The notes under the pieces are model-generated. The model did not search any database. It was not told the DNA's origin and worked only from the letters and a program-made list of their open reading frames with translations. 64,000 nt of DNA from Obrimoposthia wandeli (Eukaryota): NCBI GenBank assembly GCA_977020255.1, contig CDROCS010000253.1, positions 558,001 to 622,000 of the forward strand, read 5' to 3'. The position numbers and the translations under genes were made by a program. Positions 60,022 to 64,000 of this stretch are shown here, piece after piece. Numbering within the stretch: position 1 is the stretch's first letter; every line of letters starts with the position of its first letter.

Positions 60022-61746
60022 ATGATAATATCAATCGCAACAATAAGAAAACACTTAGCTGTGCCAAAAACCTCTTGGCAAATTTGCTTACTTGCCATTA
60101 TTGGTGGCTGCGCTTCAGCTTTATTAGTGGTGCTATTTACCCTAACTATTGAAGAAATTCAACAGCTCTACTTAATCAAGCGCGACAACTATAACAGTTT
60201 AGATGAGCTAAGTCGTTTTCATTTACCACTCATCGGCTCACTTATTATCCTCTTAATGGCTTGGATTACTGGTTATCAATACATACGTACTGGCATCCCC
60301 TTTGTGCTACATCGGTTAAAAGTAGCCCACGGTATTATCCCCTTTAAAAATACTTTAAATCAATTCTGGGGTAGTGCAGTTGCGTTAGCTTCTGGTTTTT
60401 CTGTGGGCCGTGAAGGGCCAGCAGTACACCTTGGCGCTGCATGTAGTAGTTATTTAGGCAGTGTACTAAAACTCCCCTATAACAGTACCCGCACTTTATG
60501 CGCCTGTGGCATAGCAGCAGGTATTGCCGCAACATTTAATACCCCGATAGCCGCGGTTATTTTTGTCATGGAAGTGGTCATGCGAGAATACAAAGCGCAT
60601 GTTTTTGTCCCTGTGATGCTCGCTTCAATTGTTGGCTCTTTGATTACCCGCAGTGTTTTTGGCACCAGTCATAATTTTCAACACTTTAATACCATAGCGC
60701 TTGAACAACAGCATTATTTCTCTTTAATTTTATTAGCGATAGTCTTAGGGATTTTGGCGGCTGCGTTTAATAAGTATCTGGTGGTAATAATTAAAAAAGG
60801 CGTTAAATACCACATAGTACCGCGCTTAATGCTTGCTGCACTTATTACGGGTACGCTAGGCTACTTAGTACCTGGCGCTATGGGCACAGGCACAAGTGCC
60901 ATTGATATTTCTTTAATGAACAACTTACCGTTAGGTTTTCTGTTCAGCTTACTTATTGCTAAATTATTAATGACAATGTTTGCCCTAGGTTTAGGTATTC
61001 CTGGTGGCATTATTGGACCAACCATAAGTATTGGTGCAATTACTGGTGCTCTTGTTGGCGCTATTGTTATGCAAGTATTGCCCGGAGAGCATATCAGCAG
61101 TGATTTTATTTTAATGGGCATGGCTGGCTTTATGGCTGCCAGTTTAAATGCCCCCCTCGCCACCTTACTTGCTGTTGTTGAGCTATCAGGCCAACTTGAG
61201 CTAGTAGTTCCTGCCATGATCGTTATTACCATTGCCAGTATTGTATCGAGACAACTTTGTAAAAATGAATCTATCTTCATCATGCAGTTAGATGCGCAAA
61301 ACTTGCTCTACCGCAAGCCCCCCATTGAAGAATCATTGCAAAATATTGGCGCTTTGGCGGTAATGAAAGATAATTTATTAATTTTAGAGCAAGCAAGTCC
61401 TCGTACCATCATCGGAGAGCTCCTTAATAGTCATGAGTCACAATTAATTATTAACAAGGAATTGACTAGCCAAACTAATAAGCAAAATAATTATTATTGG
61501 GCGCAATTAGATGCAGAAATCGTTGATGATGGTGGCGAAGATATTGAATATAATCTCGCTAAAAAATTAATACTGCACAAACTCATTCCACTGAGCCATC
61601 AAGTCACTTTAGCAGAAGCTTATTTGGCACTAGTAGAACAGCGTTCGGGCGCTGTATATATTTACCATGAAGATATTAATGACTGTATTGGCTTGGTGAC
61701 TTTTGAACAACTCAGAATTTATTTAGAAGAAGGAAAACTCAATTAA
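60022..61746 (+). CDS. ClC chloride channel/transporter family protein with a degenerate C-terminal domain
   Basis: TGIP, GREGP, FNTPIAAVIFVME, GIPGGIIGP, NAPL..LL.VVELS. Start probably ATG 60022. Confidence 0.92.
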   Translation: MIISIATIRKHLAVPKTSWQICLLAIIGGCASALLVVLFTLTIEEIQQLYLIKRDNYNSLDELSRFHLPLIGSLIILLMAWITGYQYIRTGIPFVLHRLKVAHGIIPFKNTLNQFWGSAVALASGFSVGREGPAVHLGAACSSYLGSVLKLPYNSTRTLCACGIAAGIAATFNTPIAAVIFVMEVVMREYKAHVFVPVMLASIVGSLITRSVFGTSHNFQHFNTIALEQQHYFSLILLAIVLGILAAAFNKYLVVIIKKGVKYHIVPRLMLAALITGTLGYLVPGAMGTGTSAIDISLMNNLPLGFLFSLLIAKLLMTMFALGLGIPGGIIGPTISIGAITGALVGAIVMQVLPGEHISSDFILMGMAGFMAASLNAPLATLLAVVELSGQLELVVPAMIVITIASIVSRQLCKNESIFIMQLDAQNLLYRKPPIEESLQNIGALAVMKDNLLILEQASPRTIIGELLNSHESQLIINKELTSQTNKQNNYYWAQLDAEIVDDGGEDIEYNLAKKLILHKLIPLSHQVTLAEAYLALVEQRSGAVYIYHEDINDCIGLVTFEQLRIYLEEGKLN

Positions 61747-62192
61747 TGGACACGTTTTTAATCAACAATATCCTCTGGCTTAAAGCATTTCATGTTATTT
61801 TCATGGTGGCTTGGTTTGCTGGTATATTTTATTTACCTCGTTTATTTGTCAACCATGCAGAAACCTCGTCTGATGAGGTCGCTCAGCAATTTAAAGGCAT
61901 GGAAAAACGCTTACTGTATTTCGTTACTCCTTTTGCCATATTCACGCTACTTCTAGGCTTAGCCATAATATATGCCTATGGGTATAACTGGTTTGTTGCC
62001 GCAAAATGGCTACATATCAAATTAAGCTTAGTGATAATACTTTTTACCTATCATGGTTACTGTTTTAAATTAGTCAGTACCTTTAAACAAGATAAGAATA
62101 CCCGCTCAGGACGTTTTTATCGAATATTCAATGAGATTCCGGTACTGATTTTGTTTGCGATTATTATTTTAGCTTACGTTAAGCCCATGTAA
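61746..62192 (+). CDS. hemJ: Protoporphyrinogen oxidase HemJ
   Basis: WLKAFHVIFMVAWFAGIFYLPRLFV.H, MEKRL, FYRIFNEIP. TAATG-coupled to the ClC gene. Confidence 0.95.
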   Translation: MDTFLINNILWLKAFHVIFMVAWFAGIFYLPRLFVNHAETSSDEVAQQFKGMEKRLLYFVTPFAIFTLLLGLAIIYAYGYNWFVAAKWLHIKLSLVIILFTYHGYCFKLVSTFKQDKNTRSGRFYRIFNEIPVLILFAIIILAYVKPM

Positions 62193-62230
62193 TTATAAAT
62201 TATTTAGAGATTTTGAAGGTAAGATAACTT

Positions 62231-62584
62231 ATGTGGTATTTATATTTGGGTTACCTGGTAATACAGTTTTATGCTATTGCCGATGTATTCTCAAGAAACT
62301 CGCTTGCAGCCAGTGCTGTGGTTTTTTCAATAGCGGTATTTTTCATTTGGTCCTTTATACCTATGCTGGGTTATGTTTTAGCCAAAGTATTAGGCGCACA
62401 TGGATATGCAAAAAGACTAACATTACTTCTCGCAGGTGTGATCATTGCCCTGATTGAAAATAGCTTAAGTTACTTTAATTTATTAACGGATAAACAATAT
62501 AATATTGGTACAGCAATAGTATTTATATTGTGCTTTGTTATAACCTACCTACCATTAAATAAAAAAGAAGCCGTAAGTTTGTAG
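62231..62584 (+). CDS. Small hypothetical membrane protein (about 4 TM)
   Basis: 117-aa hydrophobic ORF with plausible start context; no motif recognised. Confidence 0.55.
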   Translation: MWYLYLGYLVIQFYAIADVFSRNSLAASAVVFSIAVFFIWSFIPMLGYVLAKVLGAHGYAKRLTLLLAGVIIALIENSLSYFNLLTDKQYNIGTAIVFILCFVITYLPLNKKEAVSL

Positions 62585-62713
62585 CAAAAAAAACAGCAAC
62601 ATTGTAGAAGACTTCATTTTTCATACATTGCAGTTATAATCATAATAGGATAATTTATCGAGTTGTTAACAAACCGTTAATTCCTCTAGTTTACCGTATT
62701 AGGAAACATTGTA

Positions 62714-64000
62714 ATGAAGTACTTTTTATTCGCTGTGTTAGCGCTCTCAACATTATTGTCATCAGCAAACGCCACTAACCAATCTACCTTGCTGTTAGCA
62801 AAACCTAAAATTGTCGGTGGCGAACTTGCTAGCAAAGATGAATTTCCCTGGATGTCTGCATTGGTTTTTACCTATAACGATGTCAATACCTCTTTAGACG
62901 TCGCTGGCACTCAGTACGAGAATAAACCTTTTTCAAACAGTCCTTCAGGTCAAGCTAGTGCCACTATGGTTGATTGTGGTATTGGTGATGCTTTATGTGC
63001 TTTAGCTAACAATAAAATATGTTTAATTGCCCGTGGTGAAATAGATTTTTCAGTAAAAGTTGATAATTGCCAAGCCGCTGGAGGTATCGGTGCGATTATA
63101 TTTAACAATGTTTCAGGTGTTATCAATGGCACTTTAGGCGAGGATTTTACTGGTAACATTCCGGTGGTTGCCGTGAGCCAAAATGACGGTGCTATTTTAC
63201 TTAATACACTTGATAGCACAGCAACAATTAATATCTCCGCAAATCAAGCTATCGTGCAAAGCGCTAGTTGTGGAGCAAGCTTTATCGGTGATAAGTGGCT
63301 ACTTACTGCTGCACATTGTGTTGAAGATGCCAATATTGAGTTTTTAAAAGTAAATATTGGTGAATATGATTTAAGTAATGGCGCTGATAATGCTAAAGCA
63401 ATTAAGCGTATTTACCTGCACCCTGAATATAATGAAGGGGCTTCTTTTAATAATGATATCGCACTGATTGAACTAGTAGAAACTATTGAAAACCCTGCGG
63501 TTAAACTACTCGACTTCAATACCAGTAGAGAGTTAGCTATTGCTAACAGCTCTGCAACGGTCATAGGTTGGGGCAACAAAATAGCCTACGGCCCAGAAGA
63601 AGAATCTCCAGCGAATAGCCAACCAACGATATTGCATCAAGTAGAGTTATCACTGTTAAGCAATCAGCAATGTAAAGAGACCTTAGCCCAAGGAGAAAGT
63701 AATTTACAAAACACTACCATATTACCTGAGCAAATAGGTATCACCGATAGTATGATCTGCGCTAGCTACTTGGGTGGAGGTAGAGGCTCATGTCAAGGTG
63801 ATAGTGGTGGTCCCTTGATAGTCAGTACTAATCAAGGTTGGCAACAAATAGGAATCGTTAGTTTTGGTAAGGGTTGCGCCGATGCCGAATTTCCAGATGT
63901 TTATGCCCGTGTCGGCAAGTTTACTGACTGGATCAACAATATCACCCAAGGCATCGCCGTTGAACCTAGTTATGACTTTGCGATTACTCCACAAAACAAA
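62714..64000 (+). CDS. Secreted S1 (trypsin-fold) serine protease with an inserted PA domain, 3'-truncated by the window edge
   Basis: Absent from the ORF track because there is no stop. Manual translation gives a signal peptide, KPK|IVGG (62810), TAAHC (His 63314), NDIAL (Asp 63455) and GDSGGP (Ser 63803); the frame stays open to the end. Confidence 0.95.
   Translation, partial: MKYFLFAVLALSTLLSSANATNQSTLLLAKPKIVGGELASKDEFPWMSALVFTYNDVNTSLDVAGTQYENKPFSNSPSGQASATMVDCGIGDALCALANNKICLIARGEIDFSVKVDNCQAAGGIGAIIFNNVSGVINGTLGEDFTGNIPVVAVSQNDGAILLNTLDSTATINISANQAIVQSASCGASFIGDKWLLTAAHCVEDANIEFLKVNIGEYDLSNGADNAKAIKRIYLHPEYNEGASFNNDIALIELVETIENPAVKLLDFNTSRELAIANSSATVIGWGNKIAYGPEEESPANSQPTILHQVELSLLSNQQCKETLAQGESNLQNTTILPEQIGITDSMICASYLGGGRGSCQGDSGGPLIVSTNQGWQQIGIVSFGKGCADAEFPDVYARVGKFTDWINNITQGIAVEPSYDFAITPQNK

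Noticed and set aside
62950-63994. Minus-strand ORFs 62950-63219 and 63788-63994
   Set aside because: They are antisense shadows of the + strand serine protease.
1-64000. CRISPR array, tRNA/rRNA, prophage, integrase, transposase or defence island
   Set aside because: By eye I saw no repeat-spacer periodicity, no RNA-gene signatures and no such proteins; a tRNAscan/Infernal run would be the definitive check.

Overview
AT-rich chromosomal segment of a marine gammaproteobacterium. Gene content and order suggest Alteromonadales, probably Colwellia-like (inference). Left third: MSHA type IV pilus biogenesis operon (mshI..mshF plus the 5' end of the first pilin, minus strand), separated by a single PLP-enzyme gene from a complete gspC-N type II secretion operon. 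Then the conserved hslR-hslO-pckA and ompR-envZ block. About 29.7-47 kb is a more accessory-looking region: an exported Cys protein, tlpA, a porin/FMN-binding/PepSY-TM operon with a candidate Fur array, mscS, a DUF748/VOC/lipoprotein/K-channel/AI-2E cluster, and a mocR-bcr-elbB-GH3 run with a divergent EamA gene. Then fbp, rlmB-rnr, motX, an HD-GYP protein, an RND pump, erpA with an IscR site, DUF6776-like/ClC/hemJ genes, and a secreted S1 protease running off the right edge (not in the ORF track). I found no rRNA, tRNA, CRISPR array, prophage or transposase. Best leads: (1) a candidate iron-regulated flavinylation-dependent envelope redox module (porin + FMN-binding protein + PepSY-TM, with no apbE in the window); (2) an S1 protease with a PA domain inserted in the catalytic domain and a Gly189/Asp226 pocket; (3) an ERIC-like 264-bp miniature inverted-repeat element plus three decayed relatives; (4) a palindromic ATTATAAT that could drive two divergent near-leaderless genes 23 nt apart; (5) a duplicated TGAAA-AC-TTTCA operator upstream of pckA.
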